DNA from: an uncultured Chloroflexia bacterium
GTDB taxonomy: Bacteria > Chloroflexota > Limnocylindria > Limnocylindrales > CSP1-4
DNA: 64,000 bases
Assembly (NCBI GenBank): GCA_963813335.1
Contig: CAWEYL010000001.1
Span: forward strand, 736,001 to 800,000
Direction of reading: 5' to 3'
A model generated the notes under the pieces. The model searched no databases, was not told the DNA's origin, and saw nothing but the letters and a program-made list of their open reading frames with translations. Positions 19,931 through 29,878 of the stretch are shown one piece after another. How positions within the stretch are numbered: position 1 is the stretch's first letter; each line of letters starts with the position of its first letter. The position numbers and the translations under genes are program-made.

Positions 19931-19990
19931 ATCACCGCCTCGCCACGGGGCGGTCACATGGGCGTCACCGCTGCGTCACGGGTGTGTCAG
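19931..19990. promoter_or_regulatory. Phased direct-repeat array (6 GTCAC-like pentamers, 11-bp period); putative SARP binding site
   Basis: atcac 19931, gccac 19942, gtcac 19953, 19964, 19975, gtcag 19986; minus-strand -10-like CAGGCT at 19914-19919. Confidence 0.75.
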
Positions 19991-20105
19991 CCGGAAGTCC
20001 CGGGGCGCCCGCCGAACGTTTGCTTGACCGGCCGCCGCCGACCGACGCAGACTGGCCGGGAGGGCGCGGGGAGCGCGATTCCGCCGCATCGCGGTTGGGG
20101 ACACG

Positions 20106-20846
20106 ATGGGCATGCGAGGCGCCAGGAGGCCTGCGGGCGTGCGATCCTGGCTTTCATTGACCGACGAGTTCGAACTCGTCGTCCACGGCCGCGAGATCGG
20201 GCTGCCGCATAGCGTCGAGCGCGTCGTGGCCTACATCGGCCTCTCGACGCAGCCGGTCCACCGGCTGAAGCTGGCCGGTACCCTCTGGCCGGATGTCGCG
20301 GAGGTCCAGGCCGCGCGCAGCCTGCGAACGGCGCTGTGGCGCCTCCAGCGGGGCGGGGTCCGCATCGTGGACGCCCACGAGGATCGCGTCGCCCTGCTGC
20401 CGATGGTGCGCGTCGACGTGATCGAGCTGTTCGACCTCTGCCGCGAGCTGCTCGACGACCGCGACGGCCAGGCGCTCGGACGGGTCAGCGACCTGATCGA
20501 CAACACCGAGCTGCTGCCCGACTGGGACGAGGAATGGGTCGTGGCCGATCGGGAGCGCTATCGGATGCTGCGACTCCAGGCCCTCGAGTTGGCGGCGGAA
20601 CGGCTGATCGTCCGCGCCGAATTCGGGCGGGCCATGGAAGCCGCGCTGGCCGCGACCATCAGCGACCCGCTGCGCGAGAGCGCCCGGCGCCTCGTGATCC
20701 GGGTGCACCTCGCCGAGGGCAACCTCGCGTCCGCGCTGCGCGCGTATGACGACTATCGGACCCTGCTGGACCGCGAGATCGGGGTGGAACCGTCGCTTGC
20801 GATGCAGCGGCTCATCGGCTCGCTGGAGGCCGTGCCCGTCAGCTGA
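20106..20846 (+). CDS. Small SARP-family activator (winged helix + BTAD domain)
   Basis: LAGTLWPD...ARSLRTALWRL, VDV, ELLPDWDEEWVVADRER, DPLRESA, EGN, LDREIGVEPS. Confidence 0.9.
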   Translation: MGMRGARRPAGVRSWLSLTDEFELVVHGREIGLPHSVERVVAYIGLSTQPVHRLKLAGTLWPDVAEVQAARSLRTALWRLQRGGVRIVDAHEDRVALLPMVRVDVIELFDLCRELLDDRDGQALGRVSDLIDNTELLPDWDEEWVVADRERYRMLRLQALELAAERLIVRAEFGRAMEAALAATISDPLRESARRLVIRVHLAEGNLASALRAYDDYRTLLDREIGVEPSLAMQRLIGSLEAVPVS

Positions 20847-20849
20847 CCG

Positions 20850-22271
20850 TCAGGGGCTCCAGAACCCGATGTCGCCATCGAGCGGATACGGGTCGCCGCC
20901 GTCCGGGAAGAGGACGTCGGTGTGGGTGTCGCCGGCCGCGTCGACCTGCGGGACGAGGATCGACGAGCTGTCGGGCGCCCACATCCGATGGCTCAGAGCG
21001 TACTGGTCGAAGTAGGTCAGCACCTGGTTGGTGTAGCGCTCGGCGGGCGCGACCTCGGGGTTCGACCGGATCGCGCCGGACGCGACATCCACGAAGACCA
21101 TGTGGACCTCGATCGAGCCGCTCGGTGACGCCGACGGTGCGGGGCTGCTGCTCGCGGTGGTCGCGCCGGCCGGGACCGGCACCACCCGGATCGCCGCGAT
21201 CGTCTTGCCGTCGGGCGACCAGGCGAAGCTGACGACCTCGCCGTCCAGCAGCGTCCGCACGTCGCCCGACGCCGCGTCGATCAGGCGCAGCGGGCCGAGC
21301 GGGACGCCCACCGCGGACGCGACTCCCGTGGTCTCGCCGATGGAGGCCAGCACGTCGCCCGCCGGCGAGAAGTCCAGGGCGGCCAGGCCGACCACCGGCA
21401 TCGAGTGCTCGTGGGTGCCGTCACGGGTCGCGACGACGACCGCGTCCGTGCCGGTGGTGCCCGCGCGGACGTAGCCCACGTAGGCGCCGTCTGCGCTCAC
21501 GTCAGGCGAGCGGAAGCTGCCGGGTGTCGCGATCGCGGGGGCGACGGCCTGGCCGTTCATGGCGAGCTCGCCGAGGAACGCGTCGGCACCGGTGCCGATG
21601 TGGGCGAGCAGCCGGTCGGACCCGCTCCAGTCGTAGTAGAACGGCGACCCGCTGCGGATCAGGGAGCCTGGGCCGCTGCCGTCGACCGCCGCGCTCCCAT
21701 CGGAGGGCGCGATCCGCAGCGAGATGCCGCCGTCCTCGTCGGACAGGAACGAGACGGCCTTGCCCTCGGGATGCCACGAGAGGTAGAACGGCCCGACGCC
21801 CGCCTTCCGGAAGATCACGCGCGGTGGCACGGGGGACCCGGACGTCGCCAGGCCCACGTCGATGACCACCACCGACGTGTCGGTCGCCGTGGTGCGGATC
21901 GCGGCGATCAGCCGGCCATCGGGCGACCAGGCCGGGAACCCGTAGGTGCCCGTCGACGCATCGACGAGTGGCGTGCTCGCGCCGTGGGCGTCGACCAGCG
22001 AGAGCGACCCATCCGCGTGCGCCAGGGCGATGGTACCCGCGCCCGCGAACGGCCGGATGTTCGGCGCGGTGCTGGTCCCGGGCGTGACGCCCGGTGTGGC
22101 AGCGGGCGAGGCGGTCGGCGGGAGGAGCGGCCCCAGCGTGACGTCGGCGGCGGGGGACGGCCGATCCGGCGTGGCGGGGGCACACGCGGAGGCGATCAAG
22201 GCGGCGGACACGAGCAGGCCGGCAGCCCCCAGGGTCCGGGTCCATGCTCGGGCGCGTCCTGCCTCCATCAC
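20850..22271 (-). CDS. TolB-like beta-propeller (PD40 repeat) lipoprotein
   Basis: LIASAC lipobox; repeated WSPDG/FSPAG/WAPDS motifs. Confidence 0.8.
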   Translation of the reverse strand: MMEAGRARAWTRTLGAAGLLVSAALIASACAPATPDRPSPAADVTLGPLLPPTASPAATPGVTPGTSTAPNIRPFAGAGTIALAHADGSLSLVDAHGASTPLVDASTGTYGFPAWSPDGRLIAAIRTTATDTSVVVIDVGLATSGSPVPPRVIFRKAGVGPFYLSWHPEGKAVSFLSDEDGGISLRIAPSDGSAAVDGSGPGSLIRSGSPFYYDWSGSDRLLAHIGTGADAFLGELAMNGQAVAPAIATPGSFRSPDVSADGAYVGYVRAGTTGTDAVVVATRDGTHEHSMPVVGLAALDFSPAGDVLASIGETTGVASAVGVPLGPLRLIDAASGDVRTLLDGEVVSFAWSPDGKTIAAIRVVPVPAGATTASSSPAPSASPSGSIEVHMVFVDVASGAIRSNPEVAPAERYTNQVLTYFDQYALSHRMWAPDSSSILVPQVDAAGDTHTDVLFPDGGDPYPLDGDIGFWSP

Positions 22272-22324
22272 CGCACGATACGCGCGAGGGCCGCCGATGG
22301 ATGCGTCCCTGGCGCGTTCGCGCC

Positions 22325-22477
22325 CTAGACGATCGGGTCGACCTGCTCGTCCTCGGGGATAACGCCGGGCTTGGGCGGCGTCTCCTCCGGCTCGATGTCG
22401 TCGTCCTCATCGCGGCCGTCGACGTCGGGGTCGTCCACGAGCGGCGGCCCCATGGGTTCCTGCGGGTCCTGCGGCAT
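22325..22477 (-). CDS. 50-aa acidic, Pro-rich microprotein (MPQDPQEPMGPPLVDDPDVDGRDEDDDIEPEETPPKPGVIPEDEQVDPIV)
   Basis: G-rich RBS directly after the stop of the upstream gene; ATG 22477, TAG 22325. Confidence 0.6.
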   Translation of the reverse strand: MPQDPQEPMGPPLVDDPDVDGRDEDDDIEPEETPPKPGVIPEDEQVDPIV

Positions 22478-22489
22478 GTCGGAGTCCCC

Positions 22490-23383
22490 CTACGCCGGAT
22501 CGATGACGGAGCTGTGCATGAACCGCGCACCGGCGCGGTCCACCTGGTGCCAGACCCGGCTGCCACCCACGCTCTGGCCTTGCCTGGTCGTGCCGAAGAC
22601 GCGGATCCGCGCGCCGTTGCGGCGCCGGTCGACCACGTTGCCCTTGCCCGGGACGCCGCCAGGCTTCGAGCGCACGAGCGCGACGGGCACCGTGACCACG
22701 TACTCGCCCGAACCGGAAGACGTGGCGCCGAACGTGAACTTGACGGGCGCGACTGCCTGGACCGGGTGCCCGGGCGCGACGCCGACCGGGTGTCGCGTCG
22801 GGAAGACCGCGGCATAGGCTCTGCCCTGGCCGACCGTGCCGTGGGCCAGCTCGAGGGCGCCGGCGGCCTGGCGCAGCAGCGCGGTCGGGACGGGTTGTGG
22901 CGCCTTCGCGATCCCATGGAAGCGGTGGTCGTCCAGCGGGTCGTAGACATCGCCGTTGGGCAGCCACAGCACGATGTGACCGTCCTCGAACTCCTTGCTG
23001 CCGGCGAACGCGGTGCCCAGGAACGGCTTGTACTTGAGCTGGAGGGCGATCGCGTGCCCGTCCTGGCGGAGGTCGTCGAGCTCGTCGAAGTCGATCGGCG
23101 TCTCGACGTCGATGGTGATGCCGTGATGCTTGAGCACGGCCCGGATCTGCCGCAGGTTCAGCCCCGGCGACCCCGAGTCGGGCGTCGGCTCGTTGCTCTC
23201 CTTGCGGACCTGGGTCCCGGTGATCTTGACGCCGCTATCGAATTCGGCGCCCATCGCGGCGACGAACGCCGTGCAGTTGACCCAGCCCTGGAACACCTTC
23301 TTGCCCTTCGCGTTGATGAAGGTGCTCTTGTCGCCGCTGATCGCCGGGTTCTGTGCCTGGAATGTGACCGTGCCGCCTGCCAT
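22490..23383 (-). CDS. Putative C39-like cysteine peptidase with C-terminal SH3b-like domain
   Basis: Q...WVNCT (Cys), GHIVL (His), YDPL (Asp); C-terminal LVRSKPG...GQSVGGSRVWHQV...FMHSS; GGAGG RBS. Confidence 0.6.
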   Translation of the reverse strand: MAGGTVTFQAQNPAISGDKSTFINAKGKKVFQGWVNCTAFVAAMGAEFDSGVKITGTQVRKESNEPTPDSGSPGLNLRQIRAVLKHHGITIDVETPIDFDELDDLRQDGHAIALQLKYKPFLGTAFAGSKEFEDGHIVLWLPNGDVYDPLDDHRFHGIAKAPQPVPTALLRQAAGALELAHGTVGQGRAYAAVFPTRHPVGVAPGHPVQAVAPVKFTFGATSSGSGEYVVTVPVALVRSKPGGVPGKGNVVDRRRNGARIRVFGTTRQGQSVGGSRVWHQVDRAGARFMHSSVIDPA

Positions 23384-23428
23384 CTCGAACCTCCATCGGC
23401 TTGCGTCGGCCGACTCTAGGCGGAGGCC

Positions 23429-23455
23429 GTCATGGTCGCGTCACGCCGACGTCTT
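23429..23455. promoter_or_regulatory. Weaker phased array (gtcat/gtcac/gtctt, 11-bp period) upstream of the peptidase gene
   Basis: Copies at 23429, 23440, 23451; minus-strand -10-like TAGAGT at 23413-23418. Confidence 0.4.
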
Positions 23456-23487
23456 GACCACGCACGCCGATTGGTATCCTGCCGCCG

Positions 23488-24741
23488 GTGCGACTCCTTC
23501 CGGCCCGCGCCGTCGACGCCGTCTCCCCGCCGCGGCTCGGGGGGAGCTTCAGGTGGCTGCTCACCGCCGAGATCATCACCAACCTCGGCGACGGCGTCGC
23601 CATCGCCGCCGGCCCGCTCCTGGTCGCTTCGCTGACGCATGACCCGTTCCTCGTCTCGATGGCGCTGCTGAGCGAATACCTGCCGACCCTGCTATTCGGG
23701 GTCGTGGCCGGTGCGGCGGCGGACCGCTTCGACCGACGCCGGATGGTGGCCGCGGTCAACGTCGTCCGGGCGATCGTCCTGGCCATCCTCACCGTCACGA
23801 TCGCCACCGGTGCCGTCGAGATCGCGATCGTGCTCGCGGCGCTGTTCGCGATGGGCACCGCCGAGGCCTTCGCCGATACCGCGGGGAGCTCGCTGGTCCC
23901 GAACCTCGTACAGCGCGAGGACCTCGGGACGGCCAACGCGCGGCTGGAGGGCGCGTACATCCTCACGAACCAGCTCATCGGCCCGCCGGTGGGCGCCTTC
24001 CTGTTCGTCGTGGGCATGGCCCTCCCGTTCGCCACGAACGCGGCGTGCTTCGCCCTGGGCGCGCTGCTGGTCATGCGCGTCGCGACGAGCCAGCCGGCCG
24101 TCGAGGCACCGGAGGAGGGGTCGAGCCTGGTCGCGGAGATGCGCGAGGGGTTGCGCTGGCTCATGGGCCACGCCCCGATGCGGACGCTCGCCCTGACGAT
24201 CTTCGCGTTCAACGTCACCTATGGCGCGGCGTTCGCGGTCCTGGTGCTCTACGCCTCGGAGCGGCTCGGGATGGACGCCTTCGGGTTCGGGCTCCTGACG
24301 ACGGCGGTCGCCATCGGCGGCATCATCGGCACGGCCTCATACGGGTCCCTCGAGCGGCGCTTCCGCCTCGCCGATATCATGCGGGTCGGCCTGGTCATCG
24401 AGACGCTCACTCACCTCGTGCTCGCCCTGACGACCTCGGCCGCCGTCGCGCTCCTGACGATGGGCATCTTCGGCGCCCACGCCTTCGTGTGGGGCACGAC
24501 GTCGACGGTCGTCCGCCAGCGCGCCGTCCCCGACGCGATGCTCGGCCGGGTGACCGGCATCTACCACGTCGCGCTCGTCGGCGGCCTGGTGATCGGGACG
24601 CCGCTCGGCGGGCTCCTGGCATCGACCTACGGGATCACGGCTCCCTTCTGGTTCGGGTTCATCGGCTCCGCGCTGCTCGTGGTCATCCTTTGGCGCCAGT
24701 TCGACCTCATCGTGCATGCTGGCGACACGGCAGCGAGGTAG
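23488..24741 (+). CDS. MFS transporter
   Basis: About 12 TM segments; GAAADRFDRRR motif A. Confidence 0.92.
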   Translation: MRLLPARAVDAVSPPRLGGSFRWLLTAEIITNLGDGVAIAAGPLLVASLTHDPFLVSMALLSEYLPTLLFGVVAGAAADRFDRRRMVAAVNVVRAIVLAILTVTIATGAVEIAIVLAALFAMGTAEAFADTAGSSLVPNLVQREDLGTANARLEGAYILTNQLIGPPVGAFLFVVGMALPFATNAACFALGALLVMRVATSQPAVEAPEEGSSLVAEMREGLRWLMGHAPMRTLALTIFAFNVTYGAAFAVLVLYASERLGMDAFGFGLLTTAVAIGGIIGTASYGSLERRFRLADIMRVGLVIETLTHLVLALTTSAAVALLTMGIFGAHAFVWGTTSTVVRQRAVPDAMLGRVTGIYHVALVGGLVIGTPLGGLLASTYGITAPFWFGFIGSALLVVILWRQFDLIVHAGDTAAR

Positions 24742-24744
24742 GTC

Positions 24745-25731
24745 ATGAAGGCAGCGATCCGCACGCGGTACGGCTCACCCGACGTGGTCGAGCTTCGCGA
24801 CGTCGACCGCCCGACGCCGACGGGCAGTCAGGTGCTGGTGCGCGTGGTGGCCGCGTCGGTGAACCGCGCCGACCTCGACCTGATCGAGCCGCGACCGCAG
24901 GTCTCCCGCGTGTTCCTCGGCCTGCGCGGTCCGCGCAACCACCGCCTTGGCATCGACGTCGCCGGCGTCGTCGAGGCTGCCGGTCCGGACGCGAAACGCT
25001 TCAAGCCGGGCGACGCGGTCTTCGCGGACCTGTACCCGTTCGGGAGCGGGAGCTTCGCCGAGTACGCCTGCGCGCCGGAGCGGGCCTTCCTGCCGATCCC
25101 GGCCGGGATGTCGTTCGAGACGGCCGCGACGCTGCCGCATTCTGGGACGCTCGCGATGCAGGGCCTCCGGCGCCGGAACGGCCGCACGCTCCGTCCCGGC
25201 GACCAGGTGCTGATCGATGGCGCATCGGGCAACGTCGGCCCGTTCGCTGTCCAGGTCGCGAAGGCGCTGGGCGCCGAGGTCACCGCGACGGCCAGCCCGG
25301 CCAAGCTCGACTTCGTGCGCTCGCTCGGGGCTGATCACGTCCTGGACTACACGGCCGTCGACTACACGCGAGCGGGTGCGCGCTACGACTGGATCCTGGA
25401 TACGGACTCGCACCATCCGATCTTTCGCTGCCGGCGCGCGCTCAAGCCCGGGGGCACGTACGTGACGCTCGGTGGCACGGCGTGGCCGCTCCTCATCGGG
25501 CTGACGATCGGGCCGCTCGTCTCGCTCGTCACCAGTCGCTGGTCGGGCCTGATGCTCTGGTGGAAGCCGTTCGGCCGGGCGGACATCGAGGCGCTGTCGG
25601 CGCTCATCGCCGATGGCAAGGTCGTCCCGGCCATCGATCGGCGGTTCTCGCTCAGCCAGGCCGTGGACGCGCTCCGCTACGTCGACCAGAAGCAGGCGAA
25701 GGGCAAGGTCCTGATCGTCATCGACGGATGA
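24745..25731 (+). CDS. NAD(P)-dependent alcohol dehydrogenase / quinone reductase (MDR family)
   Basis: YGSPDV, AASVNRAD, GSFAEY, GASGNVG, GKVLI. Confidence 0.9.
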   Translation: MKAAIRTRYGSPDVVELRDVDRPTPTGSQVLVRVVAASVNRADLDLIEPRPQVSRVFLGLRGPRNHRLGIDVAGVVEAAGPDAKRFKPGDAVFADLYPFGSGSFAEYACAPERAFLPIPAGMSFETAATLPHSGTLAMQGLRRRNGRTLRPGDQVLIDGASGNVGPFAVQVAKALGAEVTATASPAKLDFVRSLGADHVLDYTAVDYTRAGARYDWILDTDSHHPIFRCRRALKPGGTYVTLGGTAWPLLIGLTIGPLVSLVTSRWSGLMLWWKPFGRADIEALSALIADGKVVPAIDRRFSLSQAVDALRYVDQKQAKGKVLIVIDG

Positions 25732-25792
25732 CGATGCCCAGAGTCGACCGACGTCGGCTGGCGCGGCGCGCTCGACGCGCCACGCTGGGCGG

Positions 25793-26740
25793 ATGATCAC
25801 GCAGAACCCGCCGGCCAAGCGCCCGCTCTCCCTCGTCGACTTCGGCTCGCTCCTCTTCCTCGGTGCCGTCTGGGGTGCCGTGTTCCTGTTCATGCGCATC
25901 GCTGCGCCCGAGGTGGGCCCGGTGTGGGCGGCGGAGATCCGGCTCGCGATCGGCGCCTCCGTGCTGGTCGTCGTCGCCGGCCGGCGGACGTGGACCGCGG
26001 CTCGTGGCCGGCTCGCCAGCTTCCTCATCGTCGGCGCGCTGTTCTCGGCGGTGCCGTTCACACTGATCTCGTACGCCACGCTCACGCTGCCGGCCGGCTT
26101 CACCGCGCTGCTCAACGCCGCGACCCCGCTGTTCACGGCGGCCATCGGCGTCGCGTTCCTCGGCCAGCGGATCGGCCCGCGGGTCGCGGCCGGGCTCGTG
26201 GTCGGGGTGGTCGCGGTGATCGTTCTCGTCGGCTTCTCGCCGCTCGAGCCGGGACCGACGACGCTCCTCGCGGTCGCCGCGGGCCTCGGCGCGCCGCTCA
26301 GCTACGCGTTCGCGGGCAACTTCGTCCGCGCCCGCCTCTCGAGCGTGGCGCCACTCGAGCTCGCGACCGGCATGCTCGTCGCGGGCGCGTTCGAGGCGCT
26401 CCCCGTCGCCATCCTGACCGGCGCGCCCGGCACGCCCTCGACCGAAGGGCTCGTCTCGCTCATCGCGGTGGGCACCCTCTCGACCGCCGTGGCCTGGCCG
26501 ATCTTCTTCCGCGTCCTCCGGCGCACGACGCCGACCGCGGCCAGCACCGTGACCTTCGTGGTCCCTGCGTTCGCGCTGACGTGGGGCTCGCTCGTCCTCG
26601 CCGAGCCCATCGAAGCGAGCCTGATCGCGGGCTTCGGCCTGATCCTCGTCAGCCTCGCGCTGGTCCTCGGGATCGTGCCCGCCGCACGGCCCGCGGTCCT
26701 GGCGCGGGCTCGGGCGTGGGTCGGCGCGACCCTCGGCTAG
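25793..26740 (+). CDS. DMT/EamA family transporter
   Basis: About 10 TM segments; VWGAVFLFMRIA, LLNAATPLF. Confidence 0.9.
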   Translation: MITQNPPAKRPLSLVDFGSLLFLGAVWGAVFLFMRIAAPEVGPVWAAEIRLAIGASVLVVVAGRRTWTAARGRLASFLIVGALFSAVPFTLISYATLTLPAGFTALLNAATPLFTAAIGVAFLGQRIGPRVAAGLVVGVVAVIVLVGFSPLEPGPTTLLAVAAGLGAPLSYAFAGNFVRARLSSVAPLELATGMLVAGAFEALPVAILTGAPGTPSTEGLVSLIAVGTLSTAVAWPIFFRVLRRTTPTAASTVTFVVPAFALTWGSLVLAEPIEASLIAGFGLILVSLALVLGIVPAARPAVLARARAWVGATLG

Positions 26741-27405
26741 GTCCCGAGATCCCGGTCCTCCAGCTCCCAGGCGTGGTCCATCGCGTGGTGGCCGGTGCGC
26801 CGCACGAGGAACTGGATCGGCCATGACCGGGCCGCCTTGCCCTGCTCGTTGTAGGCGCGGATGGCAGCGAGGTACGCCTGCCGATGCGCGGCGAGGCCCT
26901 CCGGCGTGAGGACGAGGTCGAACGGCGTGCGGACCTCGACCTTGCGCGAGAACTGGTCGGGCTCCGTCAGGTAGACGTGGCGGATGATCTCGTCGCGGCT
27001 GCGCCCGCCGCCGCGGGACCCCGGACGGAGCTCCCCCGAGACGCGCGCGGCCACCGCGTCGAACTCGGCCCAGCACGCGCGCAGGAGATCGAGTCGCCGT
27101 TCCAGGTCCGCGGGCGCGAGGACCGCGCGCTCGACCTGCGACGGCACGTGGGCGACGCCCCAGAAGTCGGTCGAGCTCGAGCCGGCGACCCGTTCGACGA
27201 CCTCCAACCCGCGCGAACGCGCGAACTCGGGGCCCATCCCGGCCCGCTCGGCGACGCCCGCGTACCGGGGCGCGTAGGCGAGCAACCGCGCGATGGCGTC
27301 CTCCTCGGATGTGCCCCAGCGGTCCAGTCCCGGCCAGTCCGTGGCCCCGGCCACGACCCGGCGCGACTTGCCGAGCTCGAGGATCACCCGCAGCGGATCG
27401 GTCAT
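26737..27405 (-). CDS. Conserved hypothetical protein
   Basis: Coding-like ORF; DWPGLDRWG, C-terminal RRTGHHAMDHAWELEDR. Confidence 0.75.
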   Translation of the reverse strand: MTDPLRVILELGKSRRVVAGATDWPGLDRWGTSEEDAIARLLAYAPRYAGVAERAGMGPEFARSRGLEVVERVAGSSSTDFWGVAHVPSQVERAVLAPADLERRLDLLRACWAEFDAVAARVSGELRPGSRGGGRSRDEIIRHVYLTEPDQFSRKVEVRTPFDLVLTPEGLAAHRQAYLAAIRAYNEQGKAARSWPIQFLVRRTGHHAMDHAWELEDRDLGT

Positions 27406-27527
27406 GGCGGACAGCCTAGTCGAGGCGGCACGTCGGCATGAGCGGGCCGCTTGGTCGGTCCATCACGCGACTTCCGGCCCTAGTGCCCGGTGGCTGGTCA
27501 CGGCACGCTCGCACCCGGAGGTACGCC

Positions 27528-28085
27528 ATGAAGATCCTTGTCGCCTATGCCAGCCGCCACGGTTCCACCAAGGGCATCGCCGAGCGCGTCGCGCAGACGC
27601 TCGAAGGGACCGGACTGGACGTCACGCTCCGGTCGGTCGAGGAAGCCGGCGCCGTTGACGACTACGACGCGTTCGTCATCGGGAGCGCGGCCTACATGGG
27701 CGGCTGGCTCGGCTCGGCGACCGCGTTCGTGCGCCGGAACCGCGACGTCCTCGCGGGCCATCGCGTCTGGCTGTTCAGCAGTGGGCCCATCGGGACCGAG
27801 CCCGTCGACGCCAAGGGCCGGGACCAGCTGGTGGCGGCAAGGCCCAAGGAGTTCACGGAATTCGACCGGACCATCCGCCCATACGGTGAGCGGGTGTTCT
27901 TCGGCGCGTACGACCCCTCCGCGGAGCCGACCGGCCTGGCCGAGAACCTCATGAACCGGTTCATGCGCCTGATGCCCGCCGCGCGCGATGCGCTCCCGAT
28001 CGGCGACTTCCGCGACTGGCCGGCGATCGAGGGGTGGGCGACCGAGATCGCCCACCACCTGCAGCCCGTCGGCGTGCCGGCGTAA
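27528..28085 (+). CDS. Flavodoxin domain protein (HemG-like)
   Basis: ILVAYASRHGSTKGIAE, GSAAY, WLFSSGP, GDFRDW; GGAGG RBS. Confidence 0.88.
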   Translation: MKILVAYASRHGSTKGIAERVAQTLEGTGLDVTLRSVEEAGAVDDYDAFVIGSAAYMGGWLGSATAFVRRNRDVLAGHRVWLFSSGPIGTEPVDAKGRDQLVAARPKEFTEFDRTIRPYGERVFFGAYDPSAEPTGLAENLMNRFMRLMPAARDALPIGDFRDWPAIEGWATEIAHHLQPVGVPA

Positions 28086-28092
28086 CCGGGGC

Positions 28093-28968
28093 TCAGCCCT
28101 CGGGGAGGACCTCGCGCAGCCTGGCCGCGAACGCGTCGGGCTCGCCGGTCTGGCCGTACTCGCCACCGAGGAAGCCGCCATGACCGCTCGGGAAGGCGGC
28201 GACCGTGGTGCCGAGCCGCTCGGCCGCGGCCTCCGCGCCCCGGTGGGCCATCTCGCCGTCGGACTCGGCGCCCGCGGCGAGCACGATCCGGGTCGGCGCG
28301 GCCTGCAACGCGGCGAAGTCCGGCTGGTAGTGCGTGCAGGTCACGATGTTCTGGAAGAGCAGCGGGTCCGTGCGGTTGCCGTCGTCGCCGGCCGGTAGAC
28401 CGAACATCGCCGGGTCCGGGGCCGGCTGCGCCGCGAGCTCCGCGGTCATCGGCCCCTTGTGGCTCACCGCCACGATGAACTGGGCCATGGCCGGACCGAA
28501 GCCCTGCCGCTCGTAGGTCTCGCCGATGGCCGCGGTGAACGCCATCGCGCCGTCGCGGTCAGGCAGGATCGAGGCGAGCGGCGGCTCGTGGGCGACCAGC
28601 GTCCGCACGTCCTGCGGGTGCGCGGCCACCAGGGCGAGCGCGTTCACCGCCCCGCCGCTGCTGGCGAACAGGTCGACGGGACCGCCGCCGACCGCGGCGA
28701 TGATCCGATGCAGGTCGTCGGCGTGCTGCTCGGGCGTCGAGCGGCTCGCCGGGTCCGCCTTCACGCTGCGCTCGACGCCGCGCGGGTCGTAGGTGACCAC
28801 CGTGCGGTCCGGGAAGTGTCCGGCCAGCGTCGCGAACCCGCCCGCGCCCATCGGCGACCCGATCAGGAACAGGACCGGGGCGGGGGAGTCCGCCCGCCGG
28901 ACGTCATAGGTCAGGACGGCGCCGGGCGCCTCGATCGTCTGCGTCGTGGGCTCGGTCATCGTGGTCAT
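28093..28968 (-). CDS. Alpha/beta fold hydrolase
   Basis: YDPRG, ASSGG nucleophile elbow, HEPP, GHGGF; AGGAGG RBS. Confidence 0.88.
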   Translation of the reverse strand: MTTMTEPTTQTIEAPGAVLTYDVRRADSPAPVLFLIGSPMGAGGFATLAGHFPDRTVVTYDPRGVERSVKADPASRSTPEQHADDLHRIIAAVGGGPVDLFASSGGAVNALALVAAHPQDVRTLVAHEPPLASILPDRDGAMAFTAAIGETYERQGFGPAMAQFIVAVSHKGPMTAELAAQPAPDPAMFGLPAGDDGNRTDPLLFQNIVTCTHYQPDFAALQAAPTRIVLAAGAESDGEMAHRGAEAAAERLGTTVAAFPSGHGGFLGGEYGQTGEPDAFAARLREVLPEG

Positions 28969-29481
28969 CGCGCACCTCCTGCGGCCGCCGCCGTCTCGGC
29001 GAGGATCGCGTCGATCTGGCCGACCGCCTGCGTGAGGCCCTCCTCCATGCCCATCGCCAGGACCTGCTCCATGGCTTCGACGGTGCGGGAAGTGGCTCTC
29101 GATCTGCATCCGCGTGCGGGTGGCGTCGATCGGCTCGATCGTGACGATCCCCTCGCCGCGCGGGAAGTCGTCATTCGGCGTCCCGTCCTCGTTCGCGAAC
29201 CCGTCGATGAAGACGAGTCGGCGCGGCGGATCGACCTCGACGATATCCCAGAAACCGTGCGGCTGGTCGCCACTCGGGCCGGTCATGTGGTACTCGACGT
29301 GGCTGCCGACCGCGAGGTCGTGCTTCGTGAAGGTGGCGGGGTAGGTCGGCGGACCCCACCAGCGCTCGAGCTGGCGCGGATCGGCCCACAGCTCCCAGAC
29401 GCGTGCGGGCGACGCGTCGAACTCTGCGGTCAGGGTCATGGTCAGGGCCTCGGGGTCCTTGCGGACAGCGGTCACCGTCAT
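28965..29481 (-). CDS. SRPBCC/AHA1 domain protein (one frameshift near 29085)
   Basis: RVWELWADPRQLERWWGP...; C-terminal MGMEEG lies in a second frame. Confidence 0.85.
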
Positions 29482-29825
29482 GCGATGGTCTCCTCCGTGC
29501 TGCTGATGAGGGCCGTCATGCGGTCGACGCGACCGCGCCACAGCGACTCGTACTGGTCGAGCAGGCCGCGCGCCATGCGGAGCCCCTCGATGTTCGTGCG
29601 CACGACCTTGCGGCGGCCGGTGCGCTCCTTGGTGATGAGGCCGGCCCGCTCGAGCACCGCGACGTGCTTCTGCACGGCCGCGAAGCTCATGGGGTAATGC
29701 CCGGCCAGTTCGGCGACGCCCTCGCTGCCAGCCAGCGCCCGCAGCACGATGTCGCGCCGGGTGGCGTCGGCAAGGGCGGCGAAGACGTGGTCGGCGTTGA
29801 GGGCGAGCTGCATTGATACAACCAT
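29478..29825 (-). CDS. ArsR/SmtB family transcriptional regulator
   Basis: FAALADATRRDI, MSFAAVQKHVAVLERAGLI; start at 29825 or 29813. Confidence 0.9.
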   Translation of the reverse strand: MVVSMQLALNADHVFAALADATRRDIVLRALAGSEGVAELAGHYPMSFAAVQKHVAVLERAGLITKERTGRRKVVRTNIEGLRMARGLLDQYESLWRGRVDRMTALISSTEETIA

Positions 29826-29835
29826 ACGGTTGTAT
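29816..29835. promoter_or_regulatory. ArsR autoregulatory operator ATACAACC-N4-GGTTGTAT
   Basis: Perfect 8-bp inverted repeat overlapping the ArsR start. Confidence 0.75.
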
Positions 29836-29878
29836 GACGGCCACGTCAAGCCCCAGGCGATGCGGGTAGGCTCCCGTC

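Noticed and set aside
19931-19990. Phased repeats considered as a mini-CRISPR or plasmid iterons (also 35710-35747 and 45812-45850)
   Set aside because: Units are only 5-6 bp with 5-6-bp spacers and there are no cas or rep genes; the geometry fits transcription-factor sites.
27440-27490. DevR/DosR-like boxes upstream of the flavodoxin gene
   Set aside because: Too degenerate to distinguish from background in GC-rich DNA.
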